Assembly: GCA_951406725.2 (NCBI GenBank)
Contig: OX597838.1
Coordinates: forward strand, 11,656,001-11,720,000
Length of the DNA stretch: 64,000 bases
Reading direction: 5' to 3'
Source: Octopus vulgaris
Lineage: Eukaryota
This document shows, one piece after another, positions 50,529 to 62,700 of this stretch; position 1 is the first letter of the stretch; every line of letters begins with the position of its first letter. Both the position numbers and the translations under genes were made by a program. The notes beneath the pieces are model-generated. The model was given only the letters and a program-made list of their open reading frames with translations. It made no database searches and was not told the DNA's origin.

Positions 50529-50860
50529 GTACCTTAAGTGTTGAATTTGTATATGATTAGTATATTAGTATATGCTAGTACTTTAAGTGTTGAATTTGTA
50601 TATGATTAGTATATTAGTATATGCTAGTACTTTAAGTGTTGAATTTGTATATGATTAGTATATTAGTATATGCTGGTACTTTAAGTGTTGAATTTGTATA
50701 TGATTAGTATATTAGTATATGCTAGTACTTTAAGTGTTGAATTTGTATATGATTAGTATATTAGTATATGCTAGTACTTTAGGTGTTGAATTTGTGTATG
50801 ATTAGTATATTAGTATATGCTAGTACTTTAAGTGTTGAATTTGTATATGATTAGTATATG
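50529..50860 (+). repeat. 49-bp minisatellite, ~6.8 copies
   Basis: Unit GTACTTTAAGTGTTGAATTTGTATATGATTAGTATATTAGTATATGCTA. Confidence 0.95.
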
Positions 50861-51051
50861 AATACCTTGCTGGTACTTTGTCAACAGATAGTTAACTGAT
50901 ACTGCTTTGGTACTTAATCATCAGTCACTTGAGCTGACTTACATTTTGTCATGGTTAACCTCAAAAGAATGACTAAATTAGTTCTCCACCCCCTTCTGCT
51001 TTTTCTCCTTATCAGTAACTGTTATCCGTTTTCATCTTTTTGCCATTGTAG

Positions 51052-51114
51052 AGAATGAATGTTCTGGTTACTTTAACATCTGGTCTGGATTTTGCATCAT
51101 TTCAACTGGAATAT
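51052..51114 (+). CDS. PLEKHM2: PLEKHM2 exon 5, end of RUN domain (RMNVLVTLTSGLDFASFQLEY)
   Basis: ttgtAG / GTAAGT, 63 nt, phase 0 to 0. L..L.SGL.F..F.L motif. Confidence 0.92.
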
Positions 51115-51757
51115 GTAAGTAAAAACACCAATCTCCTTTCATTTACACTTTGTATATGCACATAATGGCGGTGCCCCAGCATGGCCACAGCTCATTAGCT
51201 GAAACTGGAAAAATCAAAAATCAATATGGACATGTAAATGTGTGTGAGTACACACACACACTCTCTCTCCCCCCTCTCTCTCTCTCTCCTAGTTTGTTGA
51301 TGTAGTTGAAGAATTGTCACGTGCCAGTATGGGTGACATAATACAGGTAGAATGTATTTCACATATTATATAGTAATATTTCAGCAATGAACTTTAGGTA
51401 CAATGGCAACGAAACAATTATTATGCAATAAAACATGTTGCTCACTCCATTCTCTTTGTTAATACTTATGTATATATATATATATCTAAAAATACAAGAT
51501 GGGACATAGTTGAAATTTATAGAAAAACAAAAGACGAAAACAGGTGTATGAACAACAAGCAAGTGTATTAGTTTGGTGCTCGGGAAAATGAAAAAGTCTT
51601 TTACATTTCGAGTCTACATTCTTCAACAGAAAGGAATAAGAGAAAATAAACAGACTATGTATATATATGTTTATACATACATTTATATGCAAATACAGGC
51701 ATGCATACATACATACATACATACATGCATACATACATACATGCATACATACATACA

Positions 51758-51791
<34 letters not shown>

Positions 51792-52239
51792 CATACATAT
51801 ATACATATATATATACATATTCGCATGTGTATGCGTATATGCATGTATTTATGGGTATGTGTGTGTTGCATATATATTTGTATGTATATGTATGCGTGAA
51901 TGTATGTGTGTGTATGTATGTGTGTGTGTGTGTATGTATCCTCCCTCATGATATCTTGACCACCAACTAACACTCCTTTTTTCACTTTCTTACACTGTTT
52001 TTCACTTTCTCTTGTTTTCATTTTCTCTTCCTCTTTCTTTCCTTCTTCTTTTCTCACCTTTTCCTTTGACCTCTCCATGTTAGCATACACATCTCTTCTC
52101 CCCTCTCTATCCACTTATTACCACCAATTCATTCTCAAATTTTCATTGACACCACAAGACCCCTTTGAATGAACAGTACATAGAATCTACGTTTCCACAC
52201 TTTCTATTTGTGATGACAAAATATGAACTCCTATTAGAA

Positions 52240-52855
52240 TTTACATACCACAGGCAGGAAGCATTTCTACCACTTCTACATCTCTCCTACCTTTTGTCCT
52301 TCCACACACTTTGTCACATGCCTTTAGTATCCCTTCATTAAAAGACTTCCACAAATCCAGTGCATCAATGCTTCCCAACTCCCCAACTTTCTTCTCAAAC
52401 TTCGCTCTTGTTTCTTCTTCCTTCAGTTTCCTCACCTTTCTCTTCTCAACTGCTTCTTTTCCCACACTCTTTTAAACTTTCTTCTTATCCAAGTCAGCAA
52501 CCACCAACCTGTGCTGCAATTTCTTTGATGTTGTCTTCACATCTCTCAGATACTTTCTGTTTTCCATGGCAGCCAGTATGAAATCAATCTCTGTCGCATT
52601 ACCTCCTGCACTGAAAGTCACCTTCCGTTTTCTCTGTTTTCCTAAACCACATGTTCACCACACACAACTCTTTCTTATTGCAAAACTCCAATAGCATCCT
52701 TCATTCCATGTTTCTTCTCCCAATTCCATTTCCCCATGCACACCCTCAAAGCCCTGGATCCATTTCCCAACATGTCCATTAAAATCACCCATACCCAAAA
52801 CCAGTTCATCTATCTTATGTGAGGCCAACTCACTTGCCATTTCATCAAAGAACTA
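52240..52855 (-). mobile_element. RTE LINE endonuclease fragment
   Basis: GMGDFNGHVG...FEGVHG motif and QHRLVVAD. Confidence 0.75.
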
Positions 52856-53054
52856 GCTTGGAAAACAGATGCTAAATGATGATGAATTCATATCTTGATA
52901 GGTCGAGTCTGCTAATTTAACCAGATATGCTTATTTCTCTGTAATTTCTAGCATTGATCCTGTGTGAAAAGCCAACAATTAACTTGATTTTTCTGTTTTT
53001 AATTACATATTTTAAACTCATCATTTTCTTTCCTTCTCATTTTTCTGTCTGTAG

Positions 53055-53189
53055 GACCTTCCATATTTGGATTTGAATGCCTCACCCCCTAAAAGTAAAC
53101 CACAGTCTGATGCAGCTTCAGCAGAAGATGAAGACAAAGTGTCACTTTGCAGTATGGAAAGCTTTGCCTCCAGGAACAGCCTCTCTGCT
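53055..53189 (+). CDS. PLEKHM2: PLEKHM2 exon 6 (DLPYLDLNASPPKSKPQSDAASAEDEDKVSLCSMESFASRNSLSA)
   Basis: ctgtAG / GTAAGT, 135 nt in frame. D.PYLDL follows the RUN domain as in SKIP. Confidence 0.88.
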
Positions 53190-53239
53190 GTAAGTAACAA
53201 TCATGACCACCATCATCACCACACCACCACATAAATCAG

Positions 53240-54062
53240 ATAGCCAATGCTGTAAGCATATTCTGTGAGAGAGCTGATAATATTTCTGCACTATGAACTT
53301 GGTATGACAAAGGTTTTTGCTCAGTGGGTCCCACGTCTTCTGACACCTGATCACCAGGCTGATCGCATTATGGGAAAATGTGACATTGTTTGAGGCAGAC
53401 TCAACTGGTTTCCTTGAATATTTCAGGATGAGTGTTGGCTTCATCACTTTGAGAGAGGTGTAAAGAGACAATCCATGCAATGGAAACATCCCTCCTCACC
53501 TGCTGAAAAGAAGGCCAAGGTAATTTCATTTGCTGAAAAGGTGATGGCCTCAGTATTTTGAGATGCAGAAGGTATTGTGTTTATTGACCATCTTCAAAAG
53601 TGCCATACCATCAATGAGGAGTACTGTGCCAAATTGCTGAGGCAGTTATGAAAGACTATCATGACCAAACATCCTGGAAAACTAATGAAATGGGTCTTGT
53701 TTCAATAGGACAATACTCCAGCACATAAGTCCTTCATTTGAATAGCTGCTGTGGATGACTGGGGCTTTGAACTGGTTGATCCCCCTCCCAGGTTCTCCTG
53801 ATTTGGCATCATCTGATTATCATTTGCTCCCCAACATGAAAAAACACTCGACTGGGAACCAATATCACAGTGTTGATGATATCATATCTGCTGTTGCTGA
53901 CTTTTTTGATCAACAGCATGATGGCTTCTTCAAGCACTGCAACTACAATGGAAGAAAAGTGTGTGAACTGCAAGGGGGACTGTGTTGAAAAATTAACCCC
54001 ATTTGGTCCCATTCCATGAGAGTATCTTGGTCAACCTAAGAACTTTTTAAGCCAATCCACAT
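53240..54062 (+). mobile_element. mariner transposase pseudogene fragment
   Basis: DECWLHHFE, KVMASVF.DAEGIVFID, DNTPAHKS and SPDLASSDYHLLPNMKK motifs with stops and frameshifts. Confidence 0.85.
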
Positions 54063-54272
54063 AGGTGTAAGTTATTGAAGTGAGGATTGATAAACCCAGC
54101 AGTTTCATAACACAGAGTTCTTAATGATATAAGATAGATCCATAATCTTAGTAAAAAAAAAAGAGATTGAAAAGATGAGGGGGGGGGGGGAAGCATAGAA
54201 AACAAAAGGCTAAAATGTTATCAGACTCAGTTGTAATCTGAAATTTCCCTGCACTAGCACAACTATTCTGTT

Positions 54273-54337
<65 letters not shown>

Positions 54338-55088
54338 TTACTCTTTTACGTAAGTGTACATGTTTGACAAAGTGCTAGTGTCCTGAGAGAGAAGTTAGGC
54401 ATAAGAGGAATTTGTTGCTGTGTACAAGAGAGAAGACTGTGCTTGGTTAGGCCATGTGATGTGGATGGATGCTGACAGCTCCATCAAGACGTGCTGATTT
54501 CACCATTGTTGAAGTCTTGAATGACATGGAACCACCGCAGTTGTTTCATGTCTTGACTCTAATTTCTGAGTTTGATAGATTATTCCTTGACAACTTTGAA
54601 AAGTTACTTTACTGTTTATTTCTTTTTATAGGTTACACCTTAGCTTAAAATTCTCCTCATAAGCTGATACCTAACAGGGATATCGTATATGGAACCCCTG
54701 TATATATTTACCCCAGTCTAATTGTCTTTGAAGTTTCATCTAGGCCAAACCATTTAACTCAGGTAAACAGGGATTTTTCAATGTCACATAACCTGTTTCC
54801 TCATTCTTTATACGATTGTTTCAGTTTGGCCTCAGTTTCTAAATCCTTTCTCCTCGCTTTACTATTGCTGCTCAGTTTCTGATAATGGCTTGTCAGTGGC
54901 GTTCAGTGAATAACTTTATCACCCGGTCCTTGTGCTTTGCAGTGCTTCGTGCCCCTCATCTAACTGTACTGTTTTTGTTTGTTTAGTTTAAAAATTTTTT
55001 CTTTCATATAAAGTAGAAAAATGACTCATATTTATTATAAGATATCCCATGACTGTTTCATATAAAGGTCCTATAAGAAGGAGAATAT

Positions 55089-55504
55089 ATATTTCTTTAC
55101 TACCCACAAGGGGCTAAACACAGAGGGGACAAACAAGGACAGACATAGGTATTAAGTCGATTACATCGACCCCAGTGCATAACTGGTACTTAATTTATTG
55201 ACCCGGAAAGGATGAAAGGCAAAGCCGACTGTGGCGGAATTTGAACTCAGAACATAATGGCAGATGAAATATCTATTTCTTTACTGCCCACAAGGGGCTA
55301 AACACAGAGGGGACAAACAAGGACAGACAAATGGATTAAGTCGATTACATCGACCCCAGTGCGTAACTGGTACTTAATTTATCGTCCCCGAAAGGATGAA
55401 AGGCAAAGTCGACCTTGGCAGAATTTGAACTCAGAACGTAACGGCAGACGAAATACGGCTATGCATTTCGCCCGGCGTGCTAACGTTTCTGCCAGCTCGC
55501 CACC
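55089..55504 (-). mobile_element. SINE family B with duplicated body
   Basis: Same dimeric layout as 4091-4483. Confidence 0.85.
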
Positions 55505-56543
55505 TTGAAGAAGGAGAATATAGTAGGTGCATTGGTCTGGGACCTGGTGAGCCAAGGTTGTGCCCAAGAATATTTGATGAGCTCTCTCTTAAAATGCACA
55601 CGCGTGTACACTCACACACACAAATTTTGAACTCCTCCTCCAGTCCATAGGCTTTACAAAATTTCTCTTGGGGGTCTCTGTTCTTATAAGATACTCCATA
55701 TCTGTTTTTTTATAAGATACCCCAGTATAGCTTATTAGGAGATAATCCTTAGTTTCGTATAAGATAATTCATATCAATTTTCTTTCTATAAGTTATCTCC
55801 ATAACCAAGTTTTTTTTACTAACAATTTCATTTTACACAAGTTTTTGAATAATTCCATTGATGAAATTTCTGCATGAATAGTTTTGACTTTTGATTTGTA
55901 TATATGTGAGGCACATCTGCTCATTCCATTATCACAATCTAATATGTACTCCCAGTTGTTGCTCTATGCTAGTTTAAAATAAAAGTATCATCCGTTCGTG
56001 TCCGTTGCCAGCCTTGCCTGGCCCCCGTGCCGGTGGCACATAAAAAGCACCATCCGTTCGTGGCCGTTCGCCAGCCTCGTCTGGCACCTGTGTCCGTGGC
56101 ACATAAAAAAAAAACACCATCCGACCGTGGCCGTTCGCCAGCCTCGTCTGGCACCTGTGCGGGTGGCACGTAAAAAGCACCCACTACACTCACGGAGTGG
56201 TTGGCGTTAGGAAGGGCATCCAGCCGTAGAAACATTGCCAGATCAGTCTGGGCCTGACGAAGCCTTCCGGCTTCACAGACCCCCAGTCGAACCGTCCAAC
56301 CCATGCTAGCATGGAAAACGGACGCTAAACGATGATGATGATGATGATGATGATGATTGAAATTGAGAATTATGGAAATATCATTTGCAGAGCTATTGTA
56401 TTAACAAAAAAGGAAATTGGAAGGTCTTTGATGTTATTTATTCACCATTACATGGGTTTCATTTTCATATTATTTAAGTAGGTAGGTAGGTAGGTAGGTG
56501 GGTAGGTGTGTGGGTGGGTATGTAGGTAGATAGGTAGGTAGGT

Positions 56544-56959
56544 AGTACTTACTTGTACTTGTAGCGACATTCACCCTGGGCGGGTTGAATCGGCTTCTCC
56601 TATCACTCTCGAGGCATCTCATTCGCCATTGAGAATTCACGGAAGAAGTTCCGTGGGAATATGTGGATTTCACAAGCGGTCCCCAACAATCCCGCATTTA
56701 GAGACATCCTGTTTGCTGCAGATTGTCCGCAGACGCAGGGACAGAACAACCGAGGAGCCGCTGGTTGCCGAAACAGACACTCCGAGGATTTTTCACCAGA
56801 GCCCCGTCTGCCGGGTTGTGGCCCTAATACCACTCGGTGTCAGGCCAATCCGCCTTGGGTGGCCCTACCAGGAACTGAAGTTCCCGACGGCATAGCTCTG
56901 ACACTACTCGTTGCCAGCGTCCCCACCACGGTGAGGAGGGGATGGACTTTGGGGACACA
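56544..56959 (-). mobile_element. 416-bp GC-rich non-autonomous retroelement, probably bipartite RTE 5'UTR plus 3' end
   Basis: - strand GAGCTATGCCGTCGGG...CCTGGTAGGGCCACCCAAGGC resembles RTE 5'UTRs. CAAGTA-repeat tail and 13-bp TSD TAGGTAGGTAGGT. Confidence 0.6.
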
Positions 56960-57453
56960 TAGGTAGGTAGGTTGGTTGGTTGGTTGAGAGATAGATTGAT
57001 TGATTTGTTGATTGATTGCTGCTTCAGTACAGTCTCCATGTAGATTTTTACATCTCAAGAAGGAAATGTTTCAGGAAAATATACAATTTCATCATACAAT
57101 TTTCAAAATAACCATGGAATTTCCATGGGTAATGCTAGTATTATATAAAAAGAAATAACAAATGGTGTTTAAAATTTACTGCAGCTGTTTTGGTATAATT
57201 TTATTGATATGTTCATAGATTACATCATAGCGTAAATCCACCATCCTTGGGTAAAATTTTAAACATGTATAAGCATTGATGATGCATCTAGATTCTAATC
57301 AATCCTGTTACTAATCTATAATATATATATAATAATTATTTGAGGGAATATTATTCCTAATTTACTGGGAAAAATTCAATTTAGAAATACTAAATCAAAT
57401 TTCACAAAATATAATATATATATATATAAAAATTAGATGGTGTAATTTAATTG

Positions 57454-57485
<32 letters not shown>

Positions 57486-57667
57486 CATCATTTGAGGGAA
57501 TATCATTCCTAACTTACAGGGAAAAATTCAATTTAGAAATACTAAACCAATTTTCACAAAATATAATATATATATATATATATATAATTAGATGGTGTAA
57601 TTTAATTGTTCATTATATATATATGTGTATATATATATATATATGTGTGTGTGTATATATATATGTA

Positions 57668-57701
<34 letters not shown>

Positions 57702-57780
57702 CATACATACATACACACACACATGTTTAGTTATTGTTTCATCATCCTCTCTTTCTTTCTCTTTCTCTCTTTCTTTGCAG

Positions 57781-59018
57781 ATTTCCAGTTCAATGATTGA
57801 ATCAACTGTCACCGCCACTGACAGTGATTGCGGCAGTGTTAACAGTGACAACGGTAGTCTGAACAACAGCTTTCACCTGCCAAAACTCTATCACGTCGGC
57901 TCACTAGATTCAGGTTATTATTGTGGAGTTGACAGCAGTACGTCTCATCGGCAGAGTAGAGGGAGTCTGACCATGTCTGACAGTATGTCTCTTTCGAGTA
58001 TTAGCTCAAACACAGAAGACTGCCGATTCCGACGCATTGAGAATGTGTTGCCAAATAGCCATGTAGACGGGGAGAACAACCTTGAGGTGATCCATGTGAA
58101 GTCGAAGGTGTTGAAGCGGAAGAAGCGGGAACAGCCGCGCATGAAGAAGGACGCCATCGGTAAGAATCACTTAGCGAACACTGATAACGCCACTTTGGTG
58201 AAAACAAATGCAACAACAACAAACAGAACGAGAGCAGCAACAATAACAGCAGCAACATCACTAAGAACAACACCAAGAAACATAAGTGTAATTACAACAA
58301 AACCAACTCCAGTATCTAAAAGTAATCCGATGCTCAGTGTGCCTGAGAAAGACACCTTTTCAAACTCTTACTCAAAAGCAGTGAAGAACAATAAGGTTCT
58401 TCAAAAGAAAGCCGTTGTCAACAATCAAAAGAAGTCAGAGAAACAGAACGATGTGATTTTGGACAATAAGACATCGTGTGAGGAAAAGAAGGGGGATCAG
58501 TTAATTAGCTCCGTCATCTTAAATGGCAAACCTGTTGATATTGTAGATAAAAAAGAGGAGATATTAACTGACTCGTCTCCGTCAGAAACTGTTATCAGTG
58601 ATCAGTTACCGAAAGACGGTGACGAGGATACTAAAGAGAACAAAGACAGTTCTGAAGCAGAAGAGGTGGAGGAGAGTGAGGGTTCGACTGAGGGCTGTGT
58701 CGATGTGGCTGAAGTGACCTCCTTGGGTGGTTACAATGCTGACTGCTCTTCTTCGTGTGAAGACAAGACGAGGGCTTCATCTTGTGACCTGATTGTCACA
58801 AACAGCGCACAGAAGCCCTCTGTCGAAGATGAAGAGGAGGACATTTATTGTAAGACTGATTCTGCCGACAGACACTCTAGCTCAGTGCCATGTCGCAAAC
58901 AGGTGTTCAGTGATATATTCCCGGTTGACGAAGATGTCCATCTTCGTAAGATGTATCCCAGACATGATGCTGATAGCTTGCAGGATAACACTCTACAGCC
59001 TGACCCTGGACAAGTCAT
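57781..59018 (+). CDS. PLEKHM2: PLEKHM2 exon 7, long Ser/Thr/Lys/acidic disordered linker (~412 aa)
   Basis: Long polypyrimidine tract plus ttgcAG at 57780. Open frame (part of ORF 57625-59022). Donor GTAAGT at 59019, phase 2, matching the next exon. Confidence 0.9.
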
Positions 59019-60281
59019 GTAAGTGCAGCAGCATTTTATTCCTCCTTACTCTCTCATTTCTCACCTCTCTCTTCACCTCTTTCTCCCTCTTTTCTTGCTT
59101 TCTCTTTCATTTCTCCCCCTCTCTCCCCTCTCTCTTTTTCTCCCGTTTCTGTCTTTCAATAGCAAAGAATAATGAAATATGTGCAATTCTGCTCTCATAT
59201 GATTACGGCAACTGAATAGTGCTGTACTAAGAAGGGTGATGAAGTGTAAGGAAGATGAGAGGTAAAAAAAGGGTTTTACAGGAAGAGATTGGGTGCAGGG
59301 GCTGGGTTCAGTGGGTAGACATAAACATAATATGTTTAGGACTTCACTTTCACTGCGACAGATGGGTCTTCTCAAACACAGGGAATTGCTAATCATCCTG
59401 AACCTTTGTCATCTCCTTCACGAGGCTCAACATCTTGAGATTAGCTTTCACTACCTTCTCCCATGTCTTTCTTGGTCTTTCTTTTCCTCAAGTTCCAGTC
59501 TCTTTAATGTCACTTCTGTATATGGCCATCTTCATCCACATACATCCCATGACCATGCCAGCACAGTTTTCTCTCTCGTGCTCTATATCTGATCCATCTT
59601 TTGCCCAATTTTTCTCTCGACATATTTGCACTTTGTTGTATACACACACACTGACATTGCACAACTTTCTGGTCTTTGTACGTCCTCTTCATCTAAGGCT
59701 CATATCTCACTACTGTGTAGCATTACTGTTCATACACACGTGTCATATAATCTGCTTTTCACTCGGAGATCTTTTGTTACAAACAGAGGTAATAGCAAGA
59801 TTATCAGAAAATATTCCAACTATTACAGAGGGGTTAGCTATAAGAAGAGATACACACTCATCATCATCATCATCGTTTAACGTCCGTTTTCCGCGCTAGC
59901 ACGGGTTGGACGGTTCGACCGGGGTCTGGGAAGCCAGGGCTGCACCAGGCTCCAGTCTGATCTGGCAGTGTTTCTACAGCTGGATGCCCTTCCTAATGCC
60001 AACTCACCTGTAACAATTACTGTTGCTATTAGGAACCATTGAAAGATCCTTAGTTGCTTTACTTATTGGAAATAACAGCTAAATCTTGAAACTGTAACCT
60101 ATTGTATAAAGAACAAAGCAGTGTATAATGTAGTTCTAGATATACTATGTATTGAAGCAACTCATGATTGTCACAGCTTCTCATTCAAGGGCTGGCCTGT
60201 GGCTAAACACAACTGCTGTGAAATCCATGGCAGAATCAATGGATTACCATCCGTTAATAAGGCCTTGTGGTATATAGTTTG

Positions 60282-60506
60282 TGGCAGAAACGTTAGCACG
60301 CCGGGCGAAATGCTTAGCGGTATTTCGTCTGCCGTTACGTTCTGTGTTCAAATTCCGCCGAGGTCGACTTAGCCTTTCATCCTTTTGGGGTCGATGAATT
60401 AAGTACCAGTTACGCACTGGGGGTCGATGTAATCGACTTGATACCTATGTCTGTCCTTGTTTGTCCCCTCTGTGTTTAGCCCCTTGTGGGTAATAAGGAA
60501 ATAGGT
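60282..60506 (+). mobile_element. SINE family B
   Basis: Near full-length copy. Confidence 0.85.
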
Positions 60507-60845
60507 ATATAGTTTTGTCCCTTTACAAACTGATTTCAGATCCTGCAATCCACATTCCTGGCACTAATTTCTATTAATTCTTTTTCCCAATTATCTTTTA
60601 AACTGAAGTTTTGCTTTATTACCATAATTTCATCATCAATTTAACATTTACTTTTCCTTACCGGCATGGGTTGGATGGAACACTTTGAGACAGTGTCTTA
60701 CAGTTGCTGGATGTCCTTCTTGATACCCACTCTTTAAATTATGTCTTATGCATGAAGGTATATGGTGCTTTTCTGAAAAAAAACCTGGGATACATAAGGG
60801 GTTTGGAATAAATATGGTATCTGGGAGACACATGATATATAATAA

Positions 60846-61237
60846 CTCTTTTACTCTTTGACTTGTTTCAGTCAATTGACTGCGGCCATCCTGGAGCACC
60901 GCCTTTAGTCGAGCAAATCGACCCCGGGACTTATTCTTTGTAAGCCCAGTACTTATTCTATCGGTCTCTTTTGCCGAACCGCTAAGTGACGGGGACGTAA
61001 ACACACCAGCATCGGTTGTCAAGCAATGCTAGGGGGACAAACACAGACACACAAACACACACACATATATATATATACATATATTCGACAGGCTTCTTTC
61101 AGTTTCCGTCTACCAAATCCACTCACAAGGCATTGGTCGGCCCGGGGCTATAGCAGAAGACACTTGCCCAAGATGCCACGCAGTGGGACTGAACCCGGAA
61201 CCATGTGGTTGGTAAGCAAGCTACTTACCACACAGCC
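60846..61237 (-). mobile_element. SINE family A
   Basis: Near full-length copy. Confidence 0.9.
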
Positions 61238-61386
61238 AATCATACGCCTATTGATAAAATTTGTGGAATAGCGAGGGTTGTCATGTGTTTTAATGAAAAA
61301 TTTGAGATTGTGCTTAGCCAGAAGTAATAACATAAATGATTAAACCTTCTCTAATTTTCCTTTTCATATACATTTCTTCATTTCAG

Positions 61387-61453
61387 GATAGATAATCACA
61401 TTCTACTTTACCTGATGCTGGAAATATTTGAAGAAAACGAAAAATTCCTTAAG
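61387..61453 (+). CDS. PLEKHM2: PLEKHM2 exon 8 (MIDNHILLYLMLEIFEENEKFLK)
   Basis: tttcAG / GTTTGA, phase 2 to 0. Resembles SKIP VDNNHLLLLMIHVFRENEEQLFK. Confidence 0.88.
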
Positions 61454-61603
61454 GTTTGAATTCATATAATTTTTTTTTTGTGTATGTTGCATCTTGTCCT
61501 TTGATATTATCCTCCATGTCTTGAACTTCTGTGGGCCCAAGACATGGGGGACAATGTCAAAGGCACAACCTTTACAGTTTTCATATTCCAATAATAATAA
61601 TGA

Positions 61604-62098
61604 TCATACTATAAGGGGTGTAATGTCCGTCTGTGTGTCTGTACCCTCCTGACGGTCAAACAGTTGGACCAATGGTCACAATGTTTTGTGGGATTACGAA
61701 GGAGGTAATCAGGCAGGTTTTTAGAGAAAAAAAATGTGAAAATCTATGATCATTTAATGAATATTGAAAGTAATTGTTCGATTTACGGGCGCACGAAAAG
61801 TAATTAAAAACTAAGGGGAGATAACTCCTAATAAAAGAAGCGAAGGGAAATAATTCAACTTATTTCTCCCCTTAATTACGCCATAAGCTTTATTAAGAAA
61901 TAAATGATTGTGATGGCTGTGAATTTTCTATCCAAAACCCAATCAAAATTCCCGAAACTTGATATGCCAATTGAATGCCAGCTAGCTGTATGTGATTGGT
62001 CGGAGATTTGGACAGTACTCGCGTGTATATGCGCACGCACGCAGCTGTATATGCATGCACTAGCCCTATGACCCGGCAACACCGGGTCATAGTGCTAG
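61604..62098 (+). mobile_element. Non-autonomous Helitron (second family)
   Basis: A|TCATACTATAA 5' end, 11-bp hairpin CTATGACCCGG-caaca-CCGGGTCATAG, CTAG|T end. Confidence 0.8.
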
Positions 62099-62196
62099 TT
62101 GATATTAAAATCCATTTATATATTTTTCAATACATACTGTTGTTATGATTTCCCTCCCTCGTTTTATGCCTCCATTGTAGATATGTAGATTTGCTA

Positions 62197-62226
62197 GTAA
62201 TAATAATAACAATAATTATAATAATG

Positions 62227-62257
<31 letters not shown>

Positions 62258-62301
62258 TAATAATAATGATAATAATAATAATAATAACAATAATAATAAT
62301 G

Positions 62302-62332
<31 letters not shown>

Positions 62333-62345
62333 TAATAATAATAAT
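62197..62345. repeat. (AAT)n microsatellite
   Basis: Direct reading. Confidence 0.95.
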
Positions 62346-62407
62346 TATCAATATTATTTGTTTAACCCCCTTAACCTATCTCTTGCTCTCCATTTTCTCT
62401 TCTACAG

Positions 62408-62563
62408 ATGTTTGTCACTCGTGAAGGTCAGAATGAAGGGCAGACAACCCATGTTTTTGTTGTAATAACAGCTCAAAGTATATATTTACTCAAACAAAAT
62501 ACTGGTGACCAGAAGTTTATTAAAGAATCTAGTATTCCCTTCCATGAATTGGATTATATTTCT
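62408..62563 (+). CDS. PLEKHM2: PLEKHM2 exon 9, PH-like domain (MFVTREGQNEGQTTHVFVVITAQSIYLLKQ...FHELDYIS)
   Basis: ctacAG / GTGAGT, 156 nt. YLL...ELDY.S pattern as in SKIP. Confidence 0.9.
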
Positions 62564-62700
62564 GTGAGTACAACAAACCGTTATTCCTGTGTTCTGTAGT
62601 GAGGTGATCATGTTTAAATTCTCTTTAGTGATAATGATGATGTATTACAGCTGTTATTACCAAACTCTCATTCTGCCATTCTTTTATTCCATTTTTACAG

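Noticed and set aside
50529-50860. CRISPR-like array (also 63753-64000)
   Set aside because: Head-to-tail units with no unique spacers, in a eukaryotic intron.
57625-57780. N-terminal part of the 465-aa ORF
   Set aside because: Intronic microsatellite and polypyrimidine tract. The exon starts at 57781.
62127-62424. Poly-Ile ORFs
   Set aside because: (AAT)n microsatellite.
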